The notes under the pieces: generated by a model
The model's database searches: none
What the model saw: the letters and a program-made list of their open reading frames with translations, nothing else
Told to the model about the DNA's origin: nothing
Part shown: in pieces, positions 18,590-29,301 of the stretch
How positions within the stretch are numbered: position 1 is the first letter of the stretch
Layout: every line of letters starts with the position of its first letter
Translations under genes and position numbers: made by a program
Source of the DNA: Longivirga aurantiaca
GTDB taxonomy: Bacteria; Actinomycetota; Actinomycetes; S36-B12; CAIYMF01
Assembly: GCF_042660085.1 (NCBI RefSeq)
Contig: NZ_JBHSTI010000008.1
Span: forward strand, 2,325,604-2,357,603
Direction: 5' to 3'
DNA: 32,000 bases

Positions 18590-19980
18590 GAACGACCTCC
18601 CAGGAACGACTGGAACCAGGTGTACGACGTCTTCGGCACCCGCCGCTGCGTCGCGTAGTCGGTGTACACGAGACCGAACCTCGGGCGATAGCCCTCGGCC
18701 CACTCGAAGTTGTCGAGGAAGGACCACACGAAGTAGCCCTGCACGTCCACGCCCTCGTCGGCCGCCCGCCCGACCGCGGCGATGTGCTCGCGGAGGTACT
18801 GCACCCGGCGCGGGTCGTCCACCCGCGGGACGTCGCCGTCCTCGAGCGTGTCGGGGTAGGCGACGCCGTTCTCGGTCACCATCACCGGCGGCAGCGCGTC
18901 GCCGTACCGCTCCTGCTGCTGCACGAGCACCTCGCGCAGGCCGTCGGGGACGACCGGCCAGCCCATGTCGGTGACGTCCTCGGACGGGAACTGCTTGAGC
19001 TCGAACGGCAGCGGGTTGCCCTCGGCGGGTGCCGAGACGAGCGTGGGGTTGTAGTAGTTGATGCCGAGGACGTCGATCGGCTCGGCGATGACCGCGAGAT
19101 CGCCGTGCGAGACGCACGAGCGGTCGACCGGGATGCCGACGACCTCCGGATCGGGGTACTCCCCCAGCAGCACGGAGTCCATGTAGATCCGGTTCTGGAT
19201 CGCGTCGAGCGACGCCGCAGCGGCGCGGTCGGCGTCCGAGTCGGTCTCAGGGTGGACCGGCGACAGGTTGTGCGTGATGCCGATGCGGAGATCGCCGTCT
19301 GCGGCAGCCCGCATCGCCTGCACGGCGAGGCCGTGACCGAGCAGCAGGTGGTGCGTGGCCGTGAACGAGTCGAACATCAGCACCTTGCCGGGCGCGTGGG
19401 TGCCGAACCCGTAGCCGAAGGTCGAGGCCACCACGGGCTCGTTCAGCGTGATCCACGTGTGCACGCGATCGCCGAGGTTCTCCACCATCCACTCCGCGTG
19501 GTCGGCGAAGCGCTGAGCGGTGTCGCGCTCGAGCCAGCCGCCGAGGTCCTCGGCCCACTGCGGCAGGTCCCAGTGGTACAGCGTCACGACGGGCGCGATG
19601 CCGTGCGCCAGCAGCTCGTCGACGAGCCGGTCGTAGAACGCGACGCCGCGCATCTCGACCGCACCGTCCTCGGGCTCGATGCGCGGCCAGGAGATCGAGA
19701 AGCGGTACGCGTTGACGCCGAGACCGGCCATGAGCGCGACGTCGTCGGGCATGCGCCGGTAGTGGTCGCAGGCGACGTCGCCGGTGCTGCCGTCGAGGAT
19801 CTTGCCCGGCGTGTGCGCGAACGTGTCCCAGATCGACGGGCCCTTGCCGTCCGCGTCCGGTGACCCCTCGATCTGGTACGACGCCGTCGCCGTCCCCCAG
19901 AGGAAGCCGGCTCCGAAACGGTCGCGGGTCCGGCCGTCCGACAGCGTGCCGGGCTCGCCCGGCGACCACAGCGTCGTCAT
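18586..19980 (-). CDS. Beta-glucosidase, glycoside hydrolase family 1
   Basis: FLWGTATASYQIEGSPDADGKGPSIWDTF, YRFSISWPRI, YHWDLPQWAEDLGGW, WITLNEP (acid/base), VMVTENG (nucleophile), VQGYFVWSFLDNFEWAEGYRPRFGLVYTDY. Confidence 0.97.
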   Translation of the reverse strand: MTTLWSPGEPGTLSDGRTRDRFGAGFLWGTATASYQIEGSPDADGKGPSIWDTFAHTPGKILDGSTGDVACDHYRRMPDDVALMAGLGVNAYRFSISWPRIEPEDGAVEMRGVAFYDRLVDELLAHGIAPVVTLYHWDLPQWAEDLGGWLERDTAQRFADHAEWMVENLGDRVHTWITLNEPVVASTFGYGFGTHAPGKVLMFDSFTATHHLLLGHGLAVQAMRAAADGDLRIGITHNLSPVHPETDSDADRAAAASLDAIQNRIYMDSVLLGEYPDPEVVGIPVDRSCVSHGDLAVIAEPIDVLGINYYNPTLVSAPAEGNPLPFELKQFPSEDVTDMGWPVVPDGLREVLVQQQERYGDALPPVMVTENGVAYPDTLEDGDVPRVDDPRRVQYLREHIAAVGRAADEGVDVQGYFVWSFLDNFEWAEGYRPRFGLVYTDYATQRRVPKTSYTWFQSFLGGRS

Positions 19981-20045
19981 GGCGGCACCCTGCCACGCCG
20001 GCCGCGCGGATGCGGGCTCTACGGCGAGGTGTCAGCCGATGCCGT

Positions 20046-20861
20046 TCACGGCTGCCGACGGTGCGGCACGACCGTGGTCCTGGCGGCCTTGTCGTGGATG
20101 GTCTGCCGCCACGGCTTGTCCCAGAGCGGCCACAGGTAGTCGATGATCGTGAAGAAGCCGCCGACGAGCGCCGCGCCGCCGCTCTCCACGGCCCAGCGGA
20201 TGCTCGCCGTGCCCCAGGTGAGGCCGACGCTGTCGAGGTCGCGCGGGCGGACGCGGATGCCGAGCGCCCTCTTGCCGAGCGTCCGCCCCCAGCGCACGTT
20301 CTGCGGCACCTCGTAGACGAACGTCACGAGCAGGGTGACCACGTTCAGGACCAGCGAGACCCCGGCGACGTCGGTGACCCACTGCTGCACGGCCTCGGCG
20401 GTGGGCATGCCGTCGGCGCCCACCGCATCGAGGTAGCGGGTGAGCGCCGGCCAGAGGAGCCAGAGCGCCACGGGCACGAGCACGATGCCCTCGATGAACG
20501 AGTCGATGATCTTCGCCATGACGCGCGAGCCGTACGACGCGATCTCGTACGGCGCCTCCGCGGGTGCGCCGTAGCGACCCGGTGCGGGAGCACCGTACGG
20601 CGGGGCGGGCGGAGGGGCCCAGCCCGCGGGCGGGGGCGGGTAGCCGCCCGGCGGCGGGACCGGTGCGGGGGGTGCCGCCTGCTGCCGCGGGGCGGCAGCC
20701 GGGGCCGAGCCCGGCGGCGGCAGCGCGACGGGCTGGCCCGGCACCGGCGGGGGCGTGCCCTCGGGCAGCAGCACCGAGGCGCCCCAGCGGGCGCCGTCCC
20801 ACCAGCGCACGTAGCCGGCGCTCGAGAAGGGGTCGGGGTACCAGCCCGGCGTCATCGCCAT
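20046..20861 (-). CDS. RDD-family membrane protein with N-terminal DUF2510-like domain and Pro/Ala-rich linker
   Basis: MAMTPGWYPDPFSSAGYVRWWDGARWG, PPPGGYPPPPAGWAPPPAPPYGAPAPG linker, RVMAKIIDSFIEGIVLVPVALWL and GRTLGKRALGIRV. Confidence 0.9.
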   Translation of the reverse strand: MAMTPGWYPDPFSSAGYVRWWDGARWGASVLLPEGTPPPVPGQPVALPPPGSAPAAAPRQQAAPPAPVPPPGGYPPPPAGWAPPPAPPYGAPAPGRYGAPAEAPYEIASYGSRVMAKIIDSFIEGIVLVPVALWLLWPALTRYLDAVGADGMPTAEAVQQWVTDVAGVSLVLNVVTLLVTFVYEVPQNVRWGRTLGKRALGIRVRPRDLDSVGLTWGTASIRWAVESGGAALVGGFFTIIDYLWPLWDKPWRQTIHDKAARTTVVPHRRQP

Positions 20862-21057
20862 GGCGTGAGCGTAGGCGCTGCCCGAGCACGGCCGGCGCAC
20901 CGGACCGCCCGGCCGAGTTCGGTGAGCCTGGCCTTCCGTGACGGCGTTCACACCGGCAGCCTCGTCCAGCCGCGCGTCACAACCTGTTCTGCGCGGCTAC
21001 CGTGAGCAGCGCTCCGGTGGTCAGATCGTCCAGCGCGCACGGCAGGGGGTGGTCGCA

Positions 21058-21558
21058 ATGCCCGAGACCGCGGTCGACAGGATCGACGCCGCGATCCTCG
21101 CGCTCTTCGCCGCGGAGCCGCGGGTGGGGGTGCTCGAGGCCAGCAGGCGGCTGCGCATCGCCCGCGGCACGGTGCAGGCCCGGCTCGACAAGCTCGCCTC
21201 GCGGGGCGTCGTCACCGGCTGGGGGCCCGACCTCGACGCCGCCGCGCTCGGCTTCCCCGTCACCGCCTTCGTCACGCTCGAGATCGCCCAGACCGGCCAC
21301 GACGAGATCGGCGCGCGTCTCGCCGCGATCCCCGAGGTGATCGAGGTGCACACGATCACCGGCGGCGGCGACCTCCTCGCCCGGGTCGTCGCCCGGTCGA
21401 ACGCCGACCTCCAGCGCGTGATCGACCAGGTCGTGGCCACCGACGGGATCGGCCGCACGTCGACCGCCATCGCGCTCGCCACCCAGGTGCCGCACCGCGT
21501 CCTGCCCCTGCTGCTCGCAGCCGCGGGCGACGAGCACGCCGGAGCTGTCGACCGCTGA
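21058..21558 (+). CDS. Lrp/AsnC-family transcriptional regulator
   Basis: VDRIDAAILALFAAEPRVGVLEASRRLRIARGTVQARLDKLASRGVVTGWGPDLDAAALGFPVTAFVTLEI, then a RAM-like domain. Confidence 0.92.
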   Translation: MPETAVDRIDAAILALFAAEPRVGVLEASRRLRIARGTVQARLDKLASRGVVTGWGPDLDAAALGFPVTAFVTLEIAQTGHDEIGARLAAIPEVIEVHTITGGGDLLARVVARSNADLQRVIDQVVATDGIGRTSTAIALATQVPHRVLPLLLAAAGDEHAGAVDR

Positions 21559-21707
21559 CCGCGTCCGGAACGGGGGGCGACCGCACCCCGTCTCCCGGCT
21601 GAGCGGACGACGATGGGCCGGTCGGGCCTGTCGTGCGCCGTCGGCGTGCTGCACCCTCGTACGGTGGTCGCCGTACCGCCGCCGTCCCGCACCGAGGAGC
21701 CCCGCCC

Positions 21708-23072
21708 GTGACCCGTCGACTCGTCGCCCCGGTCGCGGTGAGCGCTGCGGCACTCGCGGCCCTCCTCCTCGGAGCGCTCCCCGCCAACGCCGAGGTGCCG
21801 CCGGACTCCGGCGCCACGACCCCCCCGACGTCGTCGGTGCCGCTCGACGGGTACGACGCCTACGTCGCGGCGCAGACCCGCATGGCCGCCCTGCTCCCGG
21901 CCAGGGTCGCGGCGGCGCGGGCGCTCGGGCCCGCTCCCGGCATCCTCGTGAGCGACGCCGGCACCGGAGAGGTCGCGTACGCCGCGCACTCCACCACCCC
22001 GATGCGCGGCGCCTCCACCACCAAGCTGCTGACCGCCGTCACCTCGCTCGCGACCCTCGGCACGACCACCCGCTTCCCCACGACCGTGCTCGACGGACGA
22101 CGCGCCACCGAGGTCGTGCTGCAGGGCGGCGGCGACCCGATGCTCACCAGCGCGCAGGTGTCCGCCCTCGCCCGCAGCACGGCGAGGGCACTGGTGCCGC
22201 GCGCGCCGGCGGCCGGCTCGGCGACGACGTTCCGGGTCACGGTCAAGGTCGACGACACGCTCTACCCCGTGCCCACCCCCGCGGTCGGCTGGCCCTCGCA
22301 CTACCTCCCGTACGTCGTCGCCCCGGTGCGGCCGCTGATCCGCGACCTGCGCAACAGCTGGGACTCGGCCAAGGACGTCGGCACGTACTTCGCCGCGCGG
22401 CTCGCGGTGGAGCTGAAGGCCGCGCTGGCCGCGCGCCCCGATCTCGCCGTGTCGGCGGCGTACTCGGGGAAGATGGCGGCGGCCGACGGCGCGCCCGTGA
22501 TCGCCCGGTTCGCCGGCAACACCAGCGCCTCCGCGCTGAGGCTCATGCTGCTCGTGTCCGACAACGACGTCGCCGAGATGATGCTGCGCAACAGCGCCGT
22601 GGCGGCGACCGGAGCCGGCTCGTGGACGGCGGCCCGCTCGACCGCGCGCTCGACGCTGAACGGTCTCGGGATCGACACCACCGGCTGGGTGTTCGACGAC
22701 GGCAGCGGGGTCTCCCGCACCGACCGGCTCACCGCGCGCGGCCTCGTGCAGCTGCTGCGGGTGGCGCAGTCCCCCGTGCACCCCGAGCTCGCCCCGCTGC
22801 GGGGCTGGCTGCCCGTCGGCGGCGTCAGCGGCACGCTCAAGGCGGCGAACGGCCGCTTCACGACGTCGCCGACGAGCTGCGCGCGCGGCGACGTGTTCGC
22901 CAAGACGGGGACGCTGTTCGACACGATCGGCCTCGCCGGCTACGCGCGGGGCAGCGACGGCAGGTTGAAGACGTTCGCCGTGCTGGTGCACCGTTCCGGG
23001 GAGACGTATCCCAAGCTCACCGTGCGGCAGAGCGTCGACCGCGTCGCGGCGACCGCGACCGGCTGCTACTGA
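21708..23072 (+). CDS. dacB: D-alanyl-D-alanine carboxypeptidase/endopeptidase, PBP4 (DacB) family
   Basis: Signal peptide; STTK (SxxK) in RGASTTKLLTAVTSLATLG; SDN in LLVSDNDVAEMMLRN; KTG in VFAKTGTLFDTIGLAGY. GTG start at 21708. Confidence 0.92.
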   Translation: MTRRLVAPVAVSAAALAALLLGALPANAEVPPDSGATTPPTSSVPLDGYDAYVAAQTRMAALLPARVAAARALGPAPGILVSDAGTGEVAYAAHSTTPMRGASTTKLLTAVTSLATLGTTTRFPTTVLDGRRATEVVLQGGGDPMLTSAQVSALARSTARALVPRAPAAGSATTFRVTVKVDDTLYPVPTPAVGWPSHYLPYVVAPVRPLIRDLRNSWDSAKDVGTYFAARLAVELKAALAARPDLAVSAAYSGKMAAADGAPVIARFAGNTSASALRLMLLVSDNDVAEMMLRNSAVAATGAGSWTAARSTARSTLNGLGIDTTGWVFDDGSGVSRTDRLTARGLVQLLRVAQSPVHPELAPLRGWLPVGGVSGTLKAANGRFTTSPTSCARGDVFAKTGTLFDTIGLAGYARGSDGRLKTFAVLVHRSGETYPKLTVRQSVDRVAATATGCY

Positions 23073-23129
23073 TCCCGGACTGGGTGCCGGAGAGGCACCT
23101 CGCGGTCCCTCTCCGGCACCCCGAGCGGG

Positions 23130-23786
23130 TCAGCGCAGCGCGCGCGCGACCTCGCCGGCGGCGCGCAGCACCTTGGGGCCGACGTCGTCGAGCACGAGGT
23201 CTCCGAGCGCGAGCACGCCGACCGACGCCTCGATGCCGGCGACGCCGAGCAGCGGGGCCGCCACACCGACGGCGCCCGGCTGGAGCTCGCCGGTGGACAC
23301 GACCCAGCCGGGCTCGAACGGGCGACCACCGGTCGCCCGTGCGGCGAGCACGGCCTTCCCGCCGGCACCGCGGTCGAGCGCATGGCGCGCACCGACGCGG
23401 TAGGCGACGTGGAAGTCCGAGCGGGTGGGCTCCACGACCGCCACGGCGAGCGCGTCGGACCCGTCGACCACCGTGAGGTGCGCGGTGGCACCCACGGAGT
23501 CCGACAGCCGGCGCAGCGCCGGGAGGGCGGCCTCCCGCAGGACGGGCTGCACCTGCCGCGCGAGCGCCAGCACGGCCATGCCGAGCCGGCAGCGGCCGTC
23601 GGTGCCGCGCCGCAGCAGCGCGTGCTGCTCGAGCGTGACCACCAGGCGGTAGACGACGGTGCGCGAGACGCCGAGCCGTGCGGCGATCTCGGTGACGGTG
23701 AGGCCGTCCGACGCGTCGGACAGCAGTTCCAGGACTGACAGCCCTCGATCGAGGGTCTGGCTGGTCTCTGCGACCACGCGATCCAC
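23130..23786 (-). CDS. IclR-family transcriptional regulator
   Basis: TLDRGLSVLELLSDASDGLTVTEIAARLGVSRTVVYRLVVTLEQHALLRR, HLTVVDGSDALAVAVVEP, HALDRGAGGKAVLA. Start uncertain; GTG at 23786 preferred over the ATG at 24005. Confidence 0.85.
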   Translation of the reverse strand: MDRVVAETSQTLDRGLSVLELLSDASDGLTVTEIAARLGVSRTVVYRLVVTLEQHALLRRGTDGRCRLGMAVLALARQVQPVLREAALPALRRLSDSVGATAHLTVVDGSDALAVAVVEPTRSDFHVAYRVGARHALDRGAGGKAVLAARATGGRPFEPGWVVSTGELQPGAVGVAAPLLGVAGIEASVGVLALGDLVLDDVGPKVLRAAGEVARALR

Positions 23787-24071
23787 CTCGGTCCCTCTGC
23801 TCGTGGTCCCTCGTGAGGACCCGTGTGCTCGGTGCCGGAAGGCGCGTGGCGCACCCTCCTCGGCAGTCCGGCCGGGCGACCGGTCTGTTGACCACTCTGC
23901 CCCAGGTCGGGCCGGTTCGGTCAATTCCCGGCGTCCGATCTGCGACTCCTGCCACAACGAGGAGCGGTCGTGCGGGAGTTCCGCGGCGCACGTGGCGAAC
24001 CTCACGGACCCCGGCGTGGCGGGGGTCCGTGAGGCCCGGTGGTCGTGCTGAGAGCTGTGCTGCGGTGCAGG

Positions 24072-24632
24072 TCAGACGCCTGCGGCCTTCTTCACCTGGA
24101 AGGCGCCGACGATCTCGCTGACGCCGAGGACGATCAGCATGATTCCGGTGATCCACACGATCACGCCGATCGTGGCCGGCCACACGAAGATGACGATCGC
24201 GCCGAGGATCCCGAGGATGCCGCCGGTGATCATCCAGCCGCGCCCCTCCATGCCCTTGCTCTGCAGACCGACGATCAGCTCGGTGATGCCGCGGAAGAGC
24301 CAGGCGATACCGATGAAGATCGCGAGCAGCGTCACCGAGTTGAGGAAGCTCTTGAACGCGAAGATCGCGAGGACGATCGACAGGATGCCGGAGATCGCGA
24401 GCAGCGCCCGGTGGTCCTTCTGCGAGAACGACTGCACGATCTGGAAGATGCCGCTGATCAGCAGGTAGACGCCGAACAGCACGGCGAGGACGACGAGGCT
24501 CTGCTTGGTGAAGATCACCATGCCGAGCCCGAGCAGCAGCGTGAGGACGCCGAGGAACAGCAGGAGCCCCCAGCTCCGGCCGAGCGCGGCGAGGATGTCC
24601 TTGTCGTCGTAGGTCTCGGTGGTCGCGGACAT
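24072..24632 (-). CDS. HdeD/DUF308-like membrane protein
   Basis: WGLLLFLGVLTLLLGLGMVIFTKQSLVVLAVLFGVYLLISGIFQIVQSF... and repeated paired helices, ending IVLGVSEIVGAFQVKKAAGV. Confidence 0.88.
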   Translation of the reverse strand: MSATTETYDDKDILAALGRSWGLLLFLGVLTLLLGLGMVIFTKQSLVVLAVLFGVYLLISGIFQIVQSFSQKDHRALLAISGILSIVLAIFAFKSFLNSVTLLAIFIGIAWLFRGITELIVGLQSKGMEGRGWMITGGILGILGAIVIFVWPATIGVIVWITGIMLIVLGVSEIVGAFQVKKAAGV

Positions 24633-24793
24633 GCCGCCTCCTTGTGGTGCCCGGTGCTGTGCACGGTGGGTGCGCACGACCGGCGGGCCGTACGTCGCGT
24701 CCACAGTACGGGCGCGCGCCGGCCCGATCACGCACCCACGGAGGTCCGTGGCCCACCGTGTCGTGCCTCGCCTCGGGCTGCGAGCCCCTGCGG

Positions 24794-25551
<758 letters not shown>

Positions 25552-25555
<4 letters not shown>

Positions 25556-26442
25556 GCCGTGCCGCTCGCGTTCTGCCGGGCGATCGACTTCTCCAGCACG
25601 CGGTCGGTGAGACGGGTGAGCGGGATCGTCACGAGCAGGAACAGGATCGAGGCCACGATGTAGGGCGTGTAGTTGAAGGTCGTCGACGTCTCGATCTGCG
25701 CGTTGCGGATCGCGTCGCGCGCTCCGAGGATCGAGACGAGGCCGATGTCCTTGAGCAGCGCGACGAGGTCGTTGAGCAGCGGCGGCACGACCCGGCGGAT
25801 CGCCTGCGGCAGCACGACGTGGCGCATGGTCTGCGCCTGCGAGAGGCCGAGGCTGCGGGCGGCGGCGCGCTGGCTGGGATGCACCGAGAGGATGCCGGAC
25901 CGGATCACCTCGGCGACGTACGCGGAGTAGGTGAGCACCACCGCCGCGGTGCCGAGCACGTTGACGCTGGGCGGGGTGTCGGTGAGCTGCAGGGCCGGGA
26001 CGCCGAAGCCGATGAGCAGCAGCACCAGCAGGAGCGGGATGCCGCGGAACAGGTCGACGTAGACCGTGGCGAGGATGCGCAGCGGCGCCAGGGCCGGCGC
26101 GGTCGAGGTGCGCACCAGCGCGATGACCATGGACAGCACCGCGATGCACACCACGGCGATCGCGGCGAGCCTCAGGTTGAGCAGGAAGCCGTCCCAGATG
26201 TCCGGGAGCACCTCGAGGCCGTAGGAGAGGTCGAAGAACGTCTCCTGGACGACCGGCCACCCCTTGGAGGTGCCCACGACGACCATGAGCCCGCCGATGA
26301 CGACGACGGAGGACAGGACCGCGACGAGCGTGCGGCGGCGGTCCTGCGCCCGGCGGACGGCCCGGCGCGCGAGCTCGTGCTCGCTGGGCGCCCAGACGGG
26401 CCCGGCCGTGCCGGCCGGGCCCGTCTGCTGGTCGTGCGTCAC
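25552..26442 (-). CDS. Polar amino-acid ABC transporter permease
   Basis: TVYVDLFRGIPLLLVLLLIGFG, YSAYVAEVIRSGILSVHPSQRAAARSLGLSQAQTMRHVVLPQAIRRVVPPLLNDLVALLKD (EAA loop). GTG start at 26442. Confidence 0.94.
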
Positions 26443-27338
26443 GGAGCCAGGACAGGGGCGCCCTGGTCGGCGAGCCACTCCTTCTCGAGCGCTGCCAGGG
26501 TGCCGTCCTCGCGCAGGGCGTCGACGGCGCCCGACACGCACTGCGTGATCGGGCTGTCCTTGGCGAGCAGGAGACCGAGCTGCTCGTTCGCAGCGGCGGA
26601 GTCGGGCAGCTGACCGACGATGACGCCCTTGTCGATCTCGACGAAGGCCAGGTAGAAGGCCGTCGGGAGGTCGACGACGATGCCATCGATCTGCTTGTTC
26701 TTCAGCGCCGTGACCGCAGCCGCGTTGTCGTTGAAGACCTGCGCCTTCTCGGTCGGCTGGATCTGCTCCTCGATCGCCTTGAGCGACGTGGTGCCGATCG
26801 CCGCGCCGAGGCGGGCACCCTTGAGCTCGGCCACGGTCGTGGCCTTGGCGATCGGGCTCGACTCGTTGGAGATGACGACCTGCGAGAGGGCGTAGTAGCC
26901 GGACGAGAAGTCGACGACCTTCTTGCGCTCGTCGGTGATGGAGTACTGCTGGATGTTGAAGTCGAACGTCTTCGGGCCGGGGGCGATGGCCGAGTCGAAC
27001 GTGGTGCGCACCCACGTGACGTCGGCGTTGTCGTAGCCGAGCTGCTTGGCGACGGCGTAGGCAACGGCGGACTCGAAGCCCTTGCCGCTGGTGGGGTCGT
27101 CGTCGAGCATCCACGGCGGGAACACGGGCTCGCCCGTGGCGATCGTGAGCTTGCCGGCGTTCAGGGTCTCGAGCGACTCCGGTGAGCAGGTCGCAGACGG
27201 CGAGGCGGACTCGGAGGCGGACTCCGAGGCCGTGGCCGCTGCGGACGAGCTCGTGGTGCCGCCCGAGGACGAGCTGCCGCAGGCCGAGAGCAGCAGGGCT
27301 GCAGCGACCGGGACGAGCACGAGACGGGTACGACGCAC
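26439..27338 (-). CDS. Amino-acid ABC transporter substrate-binding lipoprotein (SBP family 3)
   Basis: Lipobox LLLSACGSSSS, Ser/Glu-Ala-rich linker, KLTIATGEPVFPPWMLDDDPTSGKGFESAVAYAVAKQLGY, DFNIQQYSITDERKKVVDFS. Confidence 0.93.
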   Translation of the reverse strand: MRRTRLVLVPVAAALLLSACGSSSSGGTTSSSAAATASESASESASPSATCSPESLETLNAGKLTIATGEPVFPPWMLDDDPTSGKGFESAVAYAVAKQLGYDNADVTWVRTTFDSAIAPGPKTFDFNIQQYSITDERKKVVDFSSGYYALSQVVISNESSPIAKATTVAELKGARLGAAIGTTSLKAIEEQIQPTEKAQVFNDNAAAVTALKNKQIDGIVVDLPTAFYLAFVEIDKGVIVGQLPDSAAANEQLGLLLAKDSPITQCVSGAVDALREDGTLAALEKEWLADQGAPVLAP

Positions 27339-27470
27339 GGTGAGACCTCCGCGGGGGTGCCGAAGGGCGGTCCCTCGGCCTGGCGGGCATTGTGCCAAAC
27401 GGGGGAAGGGCTGCCGACCGCAGGACCTGCCTGGACGGCCCGCGACCGCAGACCGAGACAGAACCGATAC

Positions 27471-29201
27471 CTAGCGCCTGCCGACGGCCCAGGCCCGGAT
27501 GCGGTCGAGCCGGGCCTGGAGCTCGGCCGCGCTCGCCCGGGGCACCTCGGGCCCGCCGCACATCCGGCGCAGGTCGGCGTGCACCGAGGCCTGCGAGGTG
27601 CCGGTCTGCCGGGCGTAGGCGCTCACGCAGGAGGCGAGCTCCTTCTTGAGCGCCTTGACGTCGACGGGGGCGGCCGCCTTCGGCTCGTCCTTGGCCGGCT
27701 TCTTCGTGCCGCGGGCGGAGCGGAGCAGGTCGTGCACCTGGTCGGCGTCGAGCAGGCCGGGGATCCCGAGGAACTCCTCCTCCTCGGCTGTGCCCGGCGT
27801 GACGCCGGTGCCGAACTCGCCGCCGTCGAACAGGACGCGGTCGAAAGTGGCCTCGCTCTCGAGGGCCTCGAAGCTCAGCTGGTCGTCGACGAGGAGGTCG
27901 GCGGTGCTCCGCTCGGCGAGGGCCTGGGCGACGAGGATGTCCTCCTCGCTCCAGGTGCCGTCGAGGCGCTTGCCGAGGGCGTGGTCGCGCTCCTCCTCGA
28001 GCTCTCCGGCGAGGCGCAGCAGCAGCGGCACGCTCGGCAGGAAGACGCTCGCGGTCTCCCCCCGCTTGCGGGCCCGCACGAACCGGCCGACCGCCTGCGC
28101 GAAGAACAGCGGAGTGGAGGTGGACGTCGCGTAGACGCCCACCATGAGGCGCGGGACGTCGACGCCCTCGCTGACCATGCGGACGGCGACCATCCACCGG
28201 TCGTTGCTCTCGCCGAAGGCCGTGATCTTCTCGCCGGCCTTCGGGTCGTCCGACAGCACGACGGTCGGCTTGTGACCGGTGATGCCGTGCAGCAGCTTGG
28301 AGTACGCGCGGGCCTTGGTCTGGTCGCTGGCGATCACGAGGCCGCCGGCGTCGGGCACGTGCTTGCGCACCTCGGTGAGGCGTCGGTCGGCGGCGCGCAG
28401 CACCTGCGGGATCCACTCGCCCTGCGGGTCGAGGGCGGTGCGCCAGGCCTGCTGGGTGACGTCCTTGGCCTGGTCTGCGCCGAGGACCGCGGCGACCTCG
28501 TCGCCAGCCTTCGTGCGCCAGCGCATGCGGCCGCTGTACGCCAGGAACATGACCGGGCGCACGACGTGGTCGCGCAGCGCGTCGCCGTACCCGTAGGTGG
28601 TGTCGGCGAAGCTGCGCGAGATGCCGTCGCGGCCGGGGGCGTAGGTGACGAACGGGATCGGGTTGACGTCGCTGCGGAACGGCGTGCCCGTGAGCGCGAG
28701 GCGGCGTGCCGCCGGCTCGAACGCCTCGCGGACCGACTCGCCCCACGACATCGAGTCGCCGGCGTGGTGCACCTCGTCGAGGATCACGAGGGTCTTGCGG
28801 TCCTCGACGCGACGTCGGTAGAGCAGCGTGTTGGCCGCGACGCCGGCGTACGTGACCGCGATCCCGAGGAAGTCGCTGCTCGTGGTGCCGCGCGCGCCGG
28901 AGAACTCGGGGTCGAGCGGGATGCCGACCTTCTTCGCCGCCTCCGCCCACTGCGTCTTCAGGTGCTCGGTGGGGGCGACCACGACGATGCGCTCGACCAC
29001 GCGCCGGTCGAGCAGCTCCGAGGCGAGGCGCAGGGCGTACGTCGTCTTCCCGGCACCGGGGGTCGCGACGGTGAGGAAGTCGCGCGGCTGGCGCGCGAGG
29101 TACTCGTCGACCGCGGCCTGCTGCCACGCGCGCAGCTTCTCGGCCGCGCCTCGCGGGGCACGCGCCGGGTAGGCCGGGGAGAGGTTCGACGCGAGGGGCA
29201 T
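27471..29201 (-). CDS. DEAD/DEAH-box superfamily 2 helicase
   Basis: LRAWQQAAVDEYLARQPRDFLTVATPGAGKTTYALRLA (Walker A), LVILDEVHHAGD (DEVH), LTGTPFRSD, VRMVSEGVDVPRLMVGVYAT, FFAQAVGRFVRARK. Confidence 0.94.
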   Translation of the reverse strand: MPLASNLSPAYPARAPRGAAEKLRAWQQAAVDEYLARQPRDFLTVATPGAGKTTYALRLASELLDRRVVERIVVVAPTEHLKTQWAEAAKKVGIPLDPEFSGARGTTSSDFLGIAVTYAGVAANTLLYRRRVEDRKTLVILDEVHHAGDSMSWGESVREAFEPAARRLALTGTPFRSDVNPIPFVTYAPGRDGISRSFADTTYGYGDALRDHVVRPVMFLAYSGRMRWRTKAGDEVAAVLGADQAKDVTQQAWRTALDPQGEWIPQVLRAADRRLTEVRKHVPDAGGLVIASDQTKARAYSKLLHGITGHKPTVVLSDDPKAGEKITAFGESNDRWMVAVRMVSEGVDVPRLMVGVYATSTSTPLFFAQAVGRFVRARKRGETASVFLPSVPLLLRLAGELEEERDHALGKRLDGTWSEEDILVAQALAERSTADLLVDDQLSFEALESEATFDRVLFDGGEFGTGVTPGTAEEEEFLGIPGLLDADQVHDLLRSARGTKKPAKDEPKAAAPVDVKALKKELASCVSAYARQTGTSQASVHADLRRMCGGPEVPRASAAELQARLDRIRAWAVGRR

Positions 29202-29301
29202 AGGGCGGTGAGCCTAGGCGAGTCCGGCGCCCGACATGCCGCCCCGGGTGGTGGGCGTGTCACCCCCGCGACGTGCTAACGGACCCCGCGCGAGTCGGCC
29301 G

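Noticed and set aside
27202-27230. Imperfect 12-nt repeat gaggcggactcg inside the substrate-binding lipoprotein gene
   Set aside because: It encodes the Ser/Glu/Ala linker behind the lipobox, a common low-complexity feature of lipoproteins.
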